DNA from: Azolla caroliniana
Taxonomy: Eukaryota; Plantae; Polypodiophyta
Length of the DNA stretch: 64,000 bases
Assembly (NCBI GenBank): GCA_043228905.1
Contig: JBHGNT010000003.1
Location: 7,998,001 to 8,062,000, forward strand
Direction: 5' to 3'
The stretch's first letter is position 1; each line of letters starts with the position of its first letter. Shown here piece by piece: positions 50,427 to 62,261 of this stretch. The notes under the pieces were generated by a model, which worked only from the letters and a program-made list of their open reading frames with translations, made no database searches and was not told the DNA's origin. Both the position numbers and the translations under genes were made by a program.

Positions 50427-52475
50427 ATGTTGAGTATTGAATGTGTTAGTTAGGTCTTGCGATCTGTCGGATACTTTAGTCTTCTCCAATTCACCAATGA
50501 CGAATGCCACTTAGTAAAATATGTCATCCCAGCATGGGATCCCCATCCAATCCGTTGACATGTGAAAACTAAACAACCCAATGATTTATAGACCGACTTG
50601 CTTTTTCTCTTATATATGTAGGTGATGACGAAAGATGGCAGGCTAAACAAGTTGTATGCCCCACATATCTGGTGACATGTCAAGATGTGGGTATGAATGA
50701 AGATTTAACGTGTAGAAGCATACTCTTGAATGTGTTAGTTGGCTCTTGGGATCTAGGGATGCCTCGTTCTTCTTCAATTGAGAAATGACGAATGCCACGT
50801 GGTGAGAGATGTCAACCCACTAAAGGATCCCTATCCAATCCGTCGACATGTGAAAACTAAGCAACCGAATGATTTACAGATCGACTTGTGCTTTTTTAAT
50901 ATATGTATGTGATTACGAAAGATGGCGGGCTACACATGTTGTATGCCCCGCTTATCTGGCGACATGTCAACATGTGAGTATGACTGAAGGTTTAACACGT
51001 AGAAGCAGAGCGTTGAATGTGTTAGTTGGCTCTTGGGATCTAAGGATGCCTCGGTCTTTTTCAATTGAGCAATGATGAATGCATGTTGTTACGAGCATGA
51101 CCATTTAATATCCCGTGGTGAGAATTTACCGTAGTATTCTATCCACGTGGATAAGTGTGAGGGTTAAATGAGAGTGTAAAGAAGGGGAGGATTACTTTTA
51201 ATCCTCGGGATTGAGACAACCCATTAGGTCAAGTGTGAACTTGCCTGGGGGCCTTGGGTATCGCTATAAATAAGAGGCCTAGCTACCCTCATTTGATCAC
51301 TTTTGACTACATCGAGACTCTGCTCGTGTGGTGGGTCAACTCTTGTAGCGAGCGCGCCAGCACCAGGTACGACTCGACGCCACGGCGGTGGTATGGGACG
51401 CCGATCGAGGCTCGAGTCCGTCTCGATCCCTTCGCTCGGGGGTGGTCGGGTGGATCGGCACCCTTCTTTCTCTTTCTCCTTTCTATCTTTCATTTCTTTA
51501 TCCTTATCTTAAGCTTACTTTAGTACCTAGATCTATAATACATGTGGTGAGAGATGTCATCCCAGTACAGGATCCCCATCCAATCCATTGACATGTGAAG
51601 AGTAAGAAACCCAATGATTTACAAATCGACTTGTGCTTTTTTAATATATTTATGTGATGACGAAAGATGGCGGGCTACACAAGTTGTATGACCCGCTTAT
51701 CTGGTGACATGTTACAATGTGAGTATGAATGAAGGTTTAATGTGTAGAAGTAAAGTGTTTAATGTGTTAGTTGGGTCTTGCGAGCTCAGGATGCCTTGGT
51801 CTTCTCCAAATGAGCAATGATGAATGCCACGTGGTGAGAGATGTCATCACACCACAAGATCCCCATCCAATCCGTCAACATGTGAAAGCTAAGCAACCGA
51901 ATGATTTAAAGATTGCGTTGTTTTTTTTAATAGAAGTAGGCGATGGCGAAAGATGGTGTGCTACACAAGTTTAATGGCCCACTTACTTGGTCACATGTCA
52001 AGATGTGAGTATGACTGAAGGTTTAATGCGTAGAAGCAAAGTGTTGAATGTGTTAGTTGGCTCTTGGGATCTAGGCATGCCTCGGTCTTCTTCAATTGAG
52101 GAATGATGAATTCCGCGTGGTGAGAAATGCCATCCCACTACAAGATCCCCATCCAATCCGTTGAGATGTGAAGAGTAAGCAACCCAACGATTTACAAATC
52201 GACTTGTGCTTTCTTAATATATGTATGTGATGACGAAAGATGGCGGGCTACACAAGTTGTATGGCCCACTTACTTGGTGGCATGTCAAGATGTGAGTATG
52301 ACTGAAGGTTTAACGCGTAGAAGCAGAGTGTAGAATGTGTTAGTTTGGTCTTGGGATTTGCGGATACTTCGTCTTCTCCAATTCACCAATAACGAATGCC
52401 ACTTGGTGAGATATGTTATCCTACCACGGGATCCCCATCCAATCCGTTGACGTGGGCAAACTAAACAACCCAAAT
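50427..52475. repeat. ~288-bp satellite array, left part
   Basis: GAATGTGTTAGTT recurs at 50439, 50728, 51015, 52046 and 52333, with a variant near 51760. Confidence 0.93.
51087..51540 (+). mobile_element. Solo LTR (454 bp) inside the satellite
   Basis: TGTTAC...ATAATA (terminal CA apparently mutated), TSD CATGT, CTATAAATA near 51264; the satellite resumes in register. Confidence 0.82.
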
Positions 52476-52845
52476 TGTTGTATGTGTGGCTGGACTAGCC
52501 GCAACACAGGTGTCTATCCGACACTTCTCCAAAGGGGTGGTAGGGATAGGATGTTAATACACGCGTATGATAATTACACTTAAGCACAGACGAAGACAAG
52601 ATTAATCAGCATAAGCAAAACTATATTAATTCTTCGCCCTTCATTACAAAACATCGGATCCTTTTATAGGCATCCGGCCAGATTACAATCGGTGCTCGAT
52701 AGGCAACCGTTAACCGAAACCGAATCGGTTCGGATCCGGATCGGTTACAACTACCGGATCCGTCCCTCCTAATAATTCTATTCCTATTTCTATATTTACC
52801 CGATCCGACCTTGCTTTCCCATTTGCCTTCTCTGACCGGCCAACA
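52476..52845 (-). repeat. 3' LTR
   Basis: Repeat of 62262-62631. Confidence 0.96.
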
Positions 52846-52895
52846 CATGGCACGCCCGTGGGAAAGTGCATTGCACTTCGAACCCACAGCCGGCT

Positions 52896-55811
52896 TCAGT
52901 CTTCCTCCAAATTATCCAGCAAACTCCGCTCAGAGGTTTCAAGTGTTGTTTTGCCTGTGCCGTCTCCGACTTCCGATTGGATTGGCTGCCTTTTCGCATC
53001 TTGCTGCTCCGACTCTGCTTGTACCGGTAGTACCGGTGTTTCTTCTGTATCCTGTCCGGGTCTGTCCTGCTCTACCTCCGTTCCGTTCCCGGTATCGCTC
53101 TCTCCGGTTTCCACTGGTTGTGTCCTTTCCTCCCCGGATTCGGTACTTCTCTGTCTCCACTCTGCATCATCCCCGGCATCAACCTGCTCTTGCTCCGGAA
53201 GTTCTTCCTCGGGTAATTCTTGTCGGGGTGCATTGTTGGTTGGGTCCTCTTCAGCCGGTCGCTCGCCCTCACTAATGGAGATCGGCGTTGTGTGTCCCTC
53301 GGCTTCCTGTCGCAGTCGATCCTTCTCGTACCCTTCCAATTCTAGTTGGGTTTCGAGCTGCCCGTCATCCAACCTCTCTACTAACCCTCGGATTTCCTTG
53401 AGATGCTCTTCTGCTAAAGCATAGAAATCCTCCGACAATTCTTCCCGGATGTTGACGATACTTTCTTCGTCCATCTTATAGAACCCATCTCCGGTTTTCT
53501 TCCGATTTTCTGCATCAGCTCGGAGTGTCTGCAATTCAGCTGCCTGTTGTGCCCATTCCCTCCAGAGTTTCTCCGTGCTTTCATTTATGCTGGCCTGAGC
53601 TCGGGTACTCCAGCTTGACATGATGAACTTAATTCGGTCAACCCCTGCTTTAGCCTGTTCCGAAGCTGCTTGTTTTTCCTTCCTTATCCGTTTGATGATG
53701 TCGGCCATTAACTGAGCTTGAGCTTCAGAGTCGGCTTTTTGCTTGTCACAGGTACTCCGCCATTTGTTGATTTCGAAAGTCGACTTCACTTTTTCCTCGT
53801 TCCGGCTCTTTGTCAGTTCCCCTACTTTCTGCCGAAGTACTTCCATCTCCTTTCTTTGTTCCGACGTCAAGGTCTTCTCCGCCGATACTTCCTCCCTTGC
53901 TTTGGACAATTCCACGCGGTTTTCCTTGAGCTGTTCTTTCAGCTTCTCTATCTGTCGGTCGTACGTTGCTGCCTGATTCTTGATGTCCGACGTGGCCTGT
54001 TTATAATCCTTACATAGTCGGTCGAATTCCTCCGTCTTCTGTTTTAGGCGTCGGTTCGCCTGAGCTCGCAACTGATCATCCCGGTCCTTTTGTTGTCGGA
54101 GTTCCTCTCGCAACCGCTCAATTTCCTGCTCCATTCGTCGGCGCAGCCTATCTTTTTCCTTTTGCAGTGTCCCGTTTTCTTCTTGTAGTCGGTCATTGGT
54201 GGCTTTGCTTCGGCGAAGGCCTTCCTCCATTCGCCGTCTGTCGTCTTCTACCAACTTCCGCTGTTCTCTTTCGTTATCTCTCAATGCCTCCTGAGCCTGT
54301 AATTCTTCTTTCAAAGTTGCTATTAACTTCTCGGTCTCAGGGCCGGTTTGCAAGACCTTCTCCGTTTCTGGTTCGGCTTGCTTTTCTGATGTCCCGACCG
54401 GCTCGGTGCCATCTTGTGTTTGTCGGCTGCCTTCTTTTGCCTGTGCTAGCTCTTCTTGCAGCTCATGTAATTGTGCCCGGAGCATGACCATATCCTTAGT
54501 CGTCGTCCTAGTCACTTCTTCTCTTTGCTCCTCCTCTTTCTCCATTTGGTCTGCTACTCCCGACAACTGCCCTGACAACCACCTTAGCCATTGTGCCTTT
54601 GTTCTGCCTTCGTTGGTGTCAGCAGGCGTGCCTAGCTCCGGCTGTTTTTCCGGCTGTTTCTCCGGCCTCTTCTCTTGTTCCGGCGCTTGTTCCTTTCTTT
54701 GTTCTTCGAACTCCGCCGCCGTCGGTTCCGGTACTGCCGTCTTTGGTGCAGACGAACCTTCATCCTGTGTCGCTTCTGTTCCGGTTACTGGAGGCGGTTC
54801 TTTTGCCCGTTGCTGAGTTCCGTCCGCTGTTGGGGTCGGTCTTGTCGCTCGTTTCTCCTTTCCTTGCCTGGGTGGTAGTATTAACATCGGTTCGGATGAG
54901 TCTTCCTCTGTTTCAGCGTCCTCCGTCGGTGCCACTATTGGTTCCTTTACTGGTACCGGTTCCGATTCGAGCGTTACTGGTTCGGTGTCAGTTTGCCTCT
55001 TGCTGGTCTTCTTTGCCACCTTCTCCTTGCCTTTTTCCGCCTTTTTCTTCTTCGTTGTCGGTTGCTGATGCTGTTTCTGTGGCTGCCGTGATGAGCCTTC
55101 CTCCCGTTGCTGTCGGGAGGAGTCTTCTTCCCTCGGTTGTCGAGATGAGCCTTCTTTCCACGGCTGTCGGGATGATCCCTCTTCTGGCGGCGCTTCTTCT
55201 TCCTGTGTCCATCCTGGAGTGTGTTTCTCTAGGATTCGTCGGCGTTTCATGGTTTGCTTCGGGGTAGTCTCCTGCCGACTTCTTTGCTTGTGCTTCATGG
55301 GGGACACCGGTGGGACCAACACTGTTAACCATTGGGATATTCCGGCCCATGGCTTCTTCCCTTCCACCAAGTGCTTTATCGCCTCTTTCAGTCCTTCGGT
55401 GATGAAGTGGAGCCAGTCCACCTGCAGGCCTTCGAATGTCGCGCTGACGATCGCTGCTCGGTATTTGGCTATGGCTGCCGGACGAGGGTTCACGAACCCA
55501 TACTCCATCAGGGCGCGGGCCACCTCTCCGAACAGCAGGTTCGCTCCGCCCTGTGTGCGATACGCCTTGCTGCTGAGGGAATATTCGCCGAAATACTCGA
55601 AGAATATTTGGCTCGAGGGTAGCTCTATTGTCTGAAGTCCACCCTCCGCAATCCCGGTGAGCGCTTGTACCGCTCCTTCGGTGACTTCTGCCAGGTCCAC
55701 TGCTGTTGCCGCCTGCTCTGGTTCCTTGTGTGGTGGAGCGTCAGCGACCCGCAGCAGCCCTCCTAATCCGTTCTCCGTCAGCCATTGTCGCGCTCCTTCC
55801 GACAGTGCCAT
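52896..55811 (-). CDS. Accessory 3' ORF (~971 aa): folded N-terminal domain, disordered linker, long coiled coil, conserved C-terminal helical block
   Basis: Uninterrupted frame open from 56063; ATG 55811 chosen because it follows a TATATAAA near 55948. No signal peptide or transmembrane stretch is evident. Confidence 0.85.
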   Translation of the reverse strand: MALSEGARQWLTENGLGGLLRVADAPPHKEPEQAATAVDLAEVTEGAVQALTGIAEGGLQTIELPSSQIFFEYFGEYSLSSKAYRTQGGANLLFGEVARALMEYGFVNPRPAAIAKYRAAIVSATFEGLQVDWLHFITEGLKEAIKHLVEGKKPWAGISQWLTVLVPPVSPMKHKQRSRQETTPKQTMKRRRILEKHTPGWTQEEEAPPEEGSSRQPWKEGSSRQPREEDSSRQQREEGSSRQPQKQHQQPTTKKKKAEKGKEKVAKKTSKRQTDTEPVTLESEPVPVKEPIVAPTEDAETEEDSSEPMLILPPRQGKEKRATRPTPTADGTQQRAKEPPPVTGTEATQDEGSSAPKTAVPEPTAAEFEEQRKEQAPEQEKRPEKQPEKQPELGTPADTNEGRTKAQWLRWLSGQLSGVADQMEKEEEQREEVTRTTTKDMVMLRAQLHELQEELAQAKEGSRQTQDGTEPVGTSEKQAEPETEKVLQTGPETEKLIATLKEELQAQEALRDNEREQRKLVEDDRRRMEEGLRRSKATNDRLQEENGTLQKEKDRLRRRMEQEIERLREELRQQKDRDDQLRAQANRRLKQKTEEFDRLCKDYKQATSDIKNQAATYDRQIEKLKEQLKENRVELSKAREEVSAEKTLTSEQRKEMEVLRQKVGELTKSRNEEKVKSTFEINKWRSTCDKQKADSEAQAQLMADIIKRIRKEKQAASEQAKAGVDRIKFIMSSWSTRAQASINESTEKLWREWAQQAAELQTLRADAENRKKTGDGFYKMDEESIVNIREELSEDFYALAEEHLKEIRGLVERLDDGQLETQLELEGYEKDRLRQEAEGHTTPISISEGERPAEEDPTNNAPRQELPEEELPEQEQVDAGDDAEWRQRSTESGEERTQPVETGESDTGNGTEVEQDRPGQDTEETPVLPVQAESEQQDAKRQPIQSEVGDGTGKTTLETSERSLLDNLEED

Positions 55812-55946
55812 TGCTTCTTCTTCGTCTGCTGCTGCCTGTGGTCTGAGGTCGGGGTGTAGGTGTTCTGCGCGTCGGATCTCGCTGTCTTGAGCCTGCGTGT
55901 GCTTGTGGGAAAATTCGTAAAAAGTGAACCCTTCTCCGGTTCTTCC

Positions 55947-55956
55947 TTTATATAGT
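55947..55956 (-). promoter_or_regulatory. Candidate internal TATA box for the accessory ORF
   Basis: Minus strand CACTATATAAAGG about 140 nt upstream of ATG 55811. Confidence 0.45.
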
Positions 55957-56387
55957 GGCGTTTCCCTCGAGCCGCCTTTTCCTGTTTTTCGCGCGTCCTC
56001 TGCCATAATTAGCATGTCACTCTTTAATTTTGGCGGCTGCACGTGTTCTGCCTTGAATAGCATGTCCTATTTTTGGCGCCTGCGCATGCTCTGTCATGAA
56101 TAGCATGTCCTATTTTTGGCGCCTGCGCATGCTGTGTCATGAATAGTATGTCTGTCCTTTGCTGCCGCGTGTCATGCTTGCGATTCTTTGCCGCGTGTGT
56201 CGAATCTCCTACGTGTCTATCATTATGACTCCTTAATTGACGCGCGTTTTAAATCCTGTACATCGGCTCCCCACGTTCTGTGCTTTAAATAGCTCGTGCA
56301 CCCGTGTGACGGTTGTAACTACCTCCTTCATCATTACCATGATTTTCTTGATCTTCTTGTCTTGAATTGACCGTAGCACCACGTCAT

Positions 56388-56389
<2 letters not shown>

Positions 56390-56425
<36 letters not shown>
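56390..56425 (-). repeat. Internal poly(A) tract, ~36 nt on the element sense strand
   Basis: T run on the plus strand just after the pol stop at 56440. Confidence 0.9.
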
Positions 56426-56429
<4 letters not shown>

Positions 56430-56439
56430 ATATGCCGCA

Positions 56440-59400
56440 TCATTGTTCGGTTCCCCCCGATGTGTTCGGGTTGGTGCGCCCTGTTGTCGGTTCCTCGTTG
56501 TTACGCGTCGGTGTCGGCTCCTCGGTCCTCCGTATCTGTGTCGGTTCCTCGCCATTCAGGATGTCCGGGTCTTGCTTGAAGGGGTTAGCTGGCATGTGCC
56601 CCTTATACGGTTTTAGGCGAAAACCATTTGCCCATTTGCCCACAACTTCTCCTGACAACGTCCCGAGCTGGTAAGACCCATTGTACTCCTTTGTGATCCA
56701 GAATGGTCCGGTCCACCGAAATCGCAATTTCCCTGGCATGCTCCCCATCCTTGTCTGGAACAGTAATACAGGTTTCCCGACCTCGAATTCCTTTTCGTTA
56801 CCGCGCCGGTGTCGGTCTACAAAGGCTTTCCTCCTCCTTTGCTCTAGTTCTAGCTGTAGCAGGCTGGCTATTCGATTTTCTTCCAGTTCTAACAGCATCT
56901 TCAGCCGGATTCGTTCGGATTCCTTCTCGCTTAACCGCTCCTTAACCTGTATTCTTAAGCTAGGAATTTGGAATTCTACTGGCATGACTGCTTCCAAGCC
57001 GAATGCCAGTCGGAAGGGTCGTCCGGATGCTGGTCTTGTACGTCGTTCGGTACGCCCACAGCACGCTCTGCAACTTCGTGTCCCAGTCGGTCCGGTTCTC
57101 ATTGACGATTTTTCTAAGGATGTTCTATAGCGTTTTGTTTGTTGATTCCGCTAATCCGTTGGCTTGAGGGTAGTAGGGAGTGCTTCGTTTGTGTACTACC
57201 GCATAGAATGATGTCAAACTTTCCACCACCTGCCCGAGGAAATGTCCTCCCTGGTCACTGATCAGCTCAATCGGGCATCCGTACCGACACCATATGCATT
57301 CATATAAAAATTTGGCCGTGGACGCCGCCGTGTTGTCCCGTAGTGCCTTTGCTTCTACCCATTTGGTGCAGTAGTCGGTAGCCACTATTATATACCGATT
57401 TCCGGTCCGCATTGCCGGTGGCTTAAAGGGGCCGACAAAGTCCAAGCCCCACTTTTGGAATGGTTCTAATGGCAAGACCGGGTGATGTGGCATCCGGGCC
57501 TGCTCCGTGGGTTGGCCCAGTCGTTGACACAGGTCGCATTCCCTGCTATACTTAACGGCATCTCTCATGGTAGTCGGCCACCATAGTCCGCTCTGCCATA
57601 TCTTCCGGGCTGTTGTTTCGCCGGCATAATGCCCGCCTGCAATTCCACAGTGGGCTTCCCTCAGGATCAGATCCTTTTCATCGCTCCGCACTGCTCGCCT
57701 CCATACGCCATCTGCCCCCTTGTGATAGAGGGTGTCTCCTACCAAGCAGAAATGTCTGCTCCGTACTGCCATCCTTTTCCGTTCGTCCCGGTCCAGGTTT
57801 TCCGGGGGAACTCCGGTGCTCAGGAACTGATGCATTTCGGTTAACCATTTGTCTTCGTCCGCTACTGTGGTCTCCGTTGCCGGTGCCGTCGTGACCTTAA
57901 ACAGCTCGGCGTCGGGAAATTCGTCCTGTACGCCGTCCCCTGATTCTCCGGATTCTAGTCTGCTCAGGTAGTCTGCTACCGCATGCTGCACCCCGGGTCG
58001 GTGGAAAATGTCGAATTCGAATTCCTGTAATAGCAGCGTCCACCGTGCGAGTTTTCCTGTCAGGGCTGCCTTTGAGACCAGGTAGAGTAGTGCCGAGTGG
58101 TCAACGTGGAAGGAGAACTTTCGTCCGAGCAGATAGTGCCTGTACTTTGTGACACTGTACACCATTCCTAATGCCTCTCGTTCCGTTGTAGAGTAGTTCC
58201 GTTCGGCTTTCGAGAGTTTCCTGCTTGCGTAGTACACCGGCCGATACCAGTTCGGTTCCGTGAGTTGCATCAAAACGCTGCCGATTGCTACGTCCGACGC
58301 GTCGACGAAGACGTGAAAGCTTTTACTCCAGTCCGGCGGCTGCACCACCGGAGCTTGTGACAGCATTACCTTCAACGCTTGGTAGGCTTTCTCCTCCGTT
58401 TCTGTCCATTGGAAAGGTACTCTATGTACAGCAGCGTGCAATGGTGTAGCAAAGTCGGCAAGGTGCCGTATCATCCGACTATGCCACCTTATTTGACCAA
58501 GGAATCGGCTTAAAGCTTTTGCGCTATTCGGTGCCGGTGCGTCGAGAATTGCTTTTACCTTATCCGGATCTACCGCGATTCCTTCCCGACTCACCACGTG
58601 GCCTAACAAGTTGCCGCTTGCGACTCCAAAGACGCACTTAGCCGGGTTCAGACTTAATCGGTACTCGCGGCACTTTTCTAAGCATAGTCGTAGGTGATCG
58701 AGATGCTCTCCGTGTCGGCTGTAGACGGCGAAATCGTCTAGGAAGACCTGCATAAAACCGGGAATAAAATCACCGAAGATTTCCATAATTATCCTTTGAA
58801 ATGTTGCAGGGGCTGTCTTTAATCCGAACATCATCACGACCGCTACGAACACTCCCCATTCCGTCACGAACGCTGTTTTCTCTTGGTCGGCCGGGTTCAT
58901 TCGGATTTGGTTGTAGCCGCTGAATCCATCCAGGAAGCTGTAAACTTCGTGGCCGGCCACCGCATCTAGCACTCCGTCCGTGAATGGTAGTGGAAAAGCG
59001 TCGGTCACTGTCGCGGCATTTAGTTTCCTGTAGTCCACACATACCCGGATTTTTCCGTTCTTTTTCGGGACCACCACTATCGGGCTTAGCCAGGTTGCCT
59101 GCTTGACTGGTCGGATAAATCCGACCCGGAGAAGCTTGTCAATTTCCTCCTTCACCTTTGCCGCATAGTTTGGATTCATCCGGTACCGACGTTGAGCGAT
59201 GGGTTTCGCGTCAGTACTTAGATGAATTTGGTGCTGGTAGAGCTGGGGGTCCAACCCTCGCATGTCTTCGTATGACCATGCGAACACGTCCTTGAAATCC
59301 GTTAACAGTGCTACCATTGCCTGTTTTTCCTCCTTCGGCAATTCCTTCGCGACTTTTACCGGTCGGGGTTGTTCTGTTGTGCCGAGGTCCACCTCTTCCA

Positions 59401-62209
59401 GCTGGGATGCTTTCACCCTTTGGGATATCGTCATTTCTCTTTCTAGGGCTTCCTGTGCTTGGCGTAGTTCCCGGATCGCCACTTTGTCCGGCTCGTCCGG
59501 CATTGTGATGTACGGCTCTACTGCTGCCGTGATATCCACCTCAAAAAGTGGGACGATCTGTGGGTGTTCCTCGAGGTACCGATCAACTTCCTCATCCGGT
59601 AAGCCCTCCAACATGTTGATGCTTTCGGCATATAAAGGGGTTGCCTCCTTGCTAGTGAGCACCCGTGGTTGCGTGGCTACCCGTACCTTTGTTTTCCCTC
59701 GTCGGAACGTGATCATATTCTTTTGCCAGTTTTGCTTAATATGCGCCGTTCGCAGCCATGGTCGTCCTAACAGTAGGGGATATGCGCCTTGTACATTCAG
59801 CTCTAGTACCACGGCCGATATTCGGAATACGTGGCCTCCTATTGTTACTTCCAAGTCCCGGATAAGACCAGTTGGTCGGACTGAGCTTGTATCCGCCATG
59901 CGTAACCAGAAGGGGCATGGTTCCCACTCCTGGATGCCTAGGTCGTCGCATGTCTGTCGACTAATGACGTTCACCCCGGAGCCTCCGTCAATAATTGTTC
60001 CTGGAATCTCCTTTCCTTTGACGATTGTCGTGATTGCTGGGCTACTGGTATCAACCACCGCTGGGCCTTCCTCCGGGTTGGAGAAAAATGCCGGTGCTGG
60101 CGTCGGCGTCGGTTTGCTCACGGCGGCTTGTAAGTCTGCTGTAAACCGCGGCACCAACTGCAGTAACCGTGCCAACGGCAGCACGATCTGACAATCTTGT
60201 AGTGCTTGCCATGTCGGGTTTTCTCCTGGCTGTACGATTTCCTCCTCCCTTGGCATATTTTGGTTTCTTACTTCCGCCGCACCTTGTTCGTTGGCTTCTT
60301 TGATCCATTGTGCCGCTTGTTTTCTGATTGCTTCCTGGGCTTCCCATTCGGCGGCCTTCCCCTTCGACCGCGTGGTAACCTGCTGTACTTCGGCTGTCAT
60401 CATGTTGACTGCTGGCTGCTTGTCGGCTGTTTTGCTTGGGCATTGATTACTGTAATGCCCTTCTTTTCGGCAGTAATAACAGTACACCCTGTGCGTGTTG
60501 CTGGATTCTCCTTTTTCCCATGTTTGGGGGAGGGGCATTCCCCGGCGGTTGTCCTCGGTTTTTCGGTTCTCCGGTGCCGCTACTGGTTTGTCATTCCTTG
60601 TTGCCTCCCGACGCTCCTCTCTACGGAAGAATCCACGCCTTTGGTTCCGTCGGAAATTCCGGTTCCCTGGCCGCCTGTCTTCTCTGCGTCGCTCGTATTC
60701 CGGGGATTCGTCTCGGTCGTACCGGTCCCGGGGGTAGCTATCCCTTCGGTTCTCCTCTCGGTCATAGCTGTCGCGTCTTCTATCGGGGTATCTGTCGCCG
60801 CGTTCTCGTCGGTAGCGGTCGTCCTTCCGGAATCGATCCTCTTCCGGGTCCCGATTGCGCGGTTCTATGTGTCGGACCGGTGCCGCTTGTCGAGTTAACA
60901 GGTTATACTCGCATCGGTTCGTTGTGTGGGCGCGAGAATTGCATATCATGCACTGTGCACGCAGGGTGCAGTCGACGGTCGAGTGCCCCGAATTTAGGCA
61001 TGTTGTGCATTGTAGGGCTTGTCGGAACCGGAGGTCCTCCTCCTTCGGAAGCGCCTGGTGTAACGCCCCCATCGGCAAGAAGGGGCTCGTGTTGTCCATT
61101 TCCAGGACCCGATCAATGACTTGGTCCATTGTGCTGGTGCTGAAATCGAGGATTCCACACATCGCTCGAAGTGGGTCTTTTAACGCAGCCAAAAAGACTG
61201 CCTTGGCCTCCTCTTCGGGTGGTGCTCTTGCTAATTGACTGTGCAAGGTCTGGAAACGAATGATAAATTGTGGGACCGTCTCGTTTTCTCCCTGCCGAGT
61301 GGTGTAGAATTGTCCGACCAATTCCCTTTGTTCCACTCGTCTATGAAACAAGCGTAAAAACTGGGTTTTCAATGCCTCGAACGTGGCGAAGCTGCCTGGT
61401 AAGTGCTTGTCGTGCCACCGGGCCGCCGATCCTTCTAATGTCATGCCGAATTCGGCGATTTTGGATCGGTCGGCCTCGGGCTCCGTCAGTCTCTGGGACA
61501 CGTGGTTGGCTTCCCATGTTCGCAGGAATGCATACACATGTGCCTCTCCGTCGGGCTCATCCCGATACTTTGGGTACGGATACGGCATCGTGTCGTCCCA
61601 CTGATTCTCCTGCGCTGGTTCCTCCGATGTCGGTCTCCGCTCCTGCGGTTCCTCCGCAGGTGGTGTTGGTATCCGCTCCTGCGGTTCCTCCGCGGGTGGT
61701 GTTGATAACCGCTCCTGCGGTTCCTCCGCGGGTGGTGTTGATAACCGCTCCTGCGGTTCCTCCGCGGGTGGTGTTGGTATCCGCTCCTCCCTCCTCGGCG
61801 ATTGCCGGACACCGAACTCTAGAGTTATTTCCTCCTCTGGCTCCGATGTTGCTGAGCGATCCGACTCAAAGGGGTTGTTCTCGTGGCTGCTTTTATAGCG
61901 GGATCCCACGCTTTCCCCGCTATCCGAATCCGCCTCTAATGTTGCAAATGCCGCTGCGTCCCCGTCGCCGCCAGCGAGAGTCTGTAGTAGTGTCTCCGCT
62001 TCTTGGAGGCTGGTTATGCTACTGCCTTCGTCGGAAGCTTGTAGAACCTGGAACTGCAGTGCGTCTTCTGCAATTTGCCGAAGCGTTTTTGAGAATGACC
62101 GATCGCGCCGGATCTCGTCGACGGCTTGCTGCAGGGCTTCCCGTCGTCGCTGCCGTTCGGCGTGGCGTCTCCCTCTTTCGGTGATGTGGTCGTTATTTTG
62201 TCTAGACAT
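56440..62209 (-). pseudogene. Gag-Pol single polyprotein with nonsense (57125) and frameshift (~57018) in integrase
   Basis: Three CCHC knuckles, PR IIDGGSGVN, RT VFLDD, RH VDASD, IN H..CGIAGGH..CDLC, WGLDFVGP, YPQANGLAESTNKTL*NILRKIV continuing past the stop. Confidence 0.93.
61625..61790 (-). repeat. 36-bp coding repeat (TPPAEEPQER, four copies) in Gag N-terminus
   Basis: Visible in both DNA and translation. Confidence 0.9.
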
Positions 62210-62245
62210 CCATCCCCCGGTTGTCCTCTGCACTCTGCAGGAATC

Positions 62246-62255
62246 GTGGTCGCCA
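62246..62255 (-). promoter_or_regulatory. Primer binding site, probably tRNA-Arg
   Basis: TGGCGACCAC 6 nt after the LTR; matches the plant tRNA-Arg(UCG) end GTGGTCGCCA (10-nt match only). Confidence 0.7.
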
Positions 62256-62261
62256 AAATAG

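Noticed and set aside
50450-52473. Short recurring ORFs in the satellite
   Set aside because: Frames and stops are not conserved between monomers.
52896-56063. Accessory ORF as a retroviral-type env or captured host myosin-like gene
   Set aside because: No signal peptide or transmembrane segment is evident; coiled-coil similarity is generic; a transposon-associated homologue exists at 13 kb.
56390-56425. Poly(A) as the tail of an inserted SINE or retrocopy
   Set aside because: No TSD or separate element body; pol runs almost directly into it.
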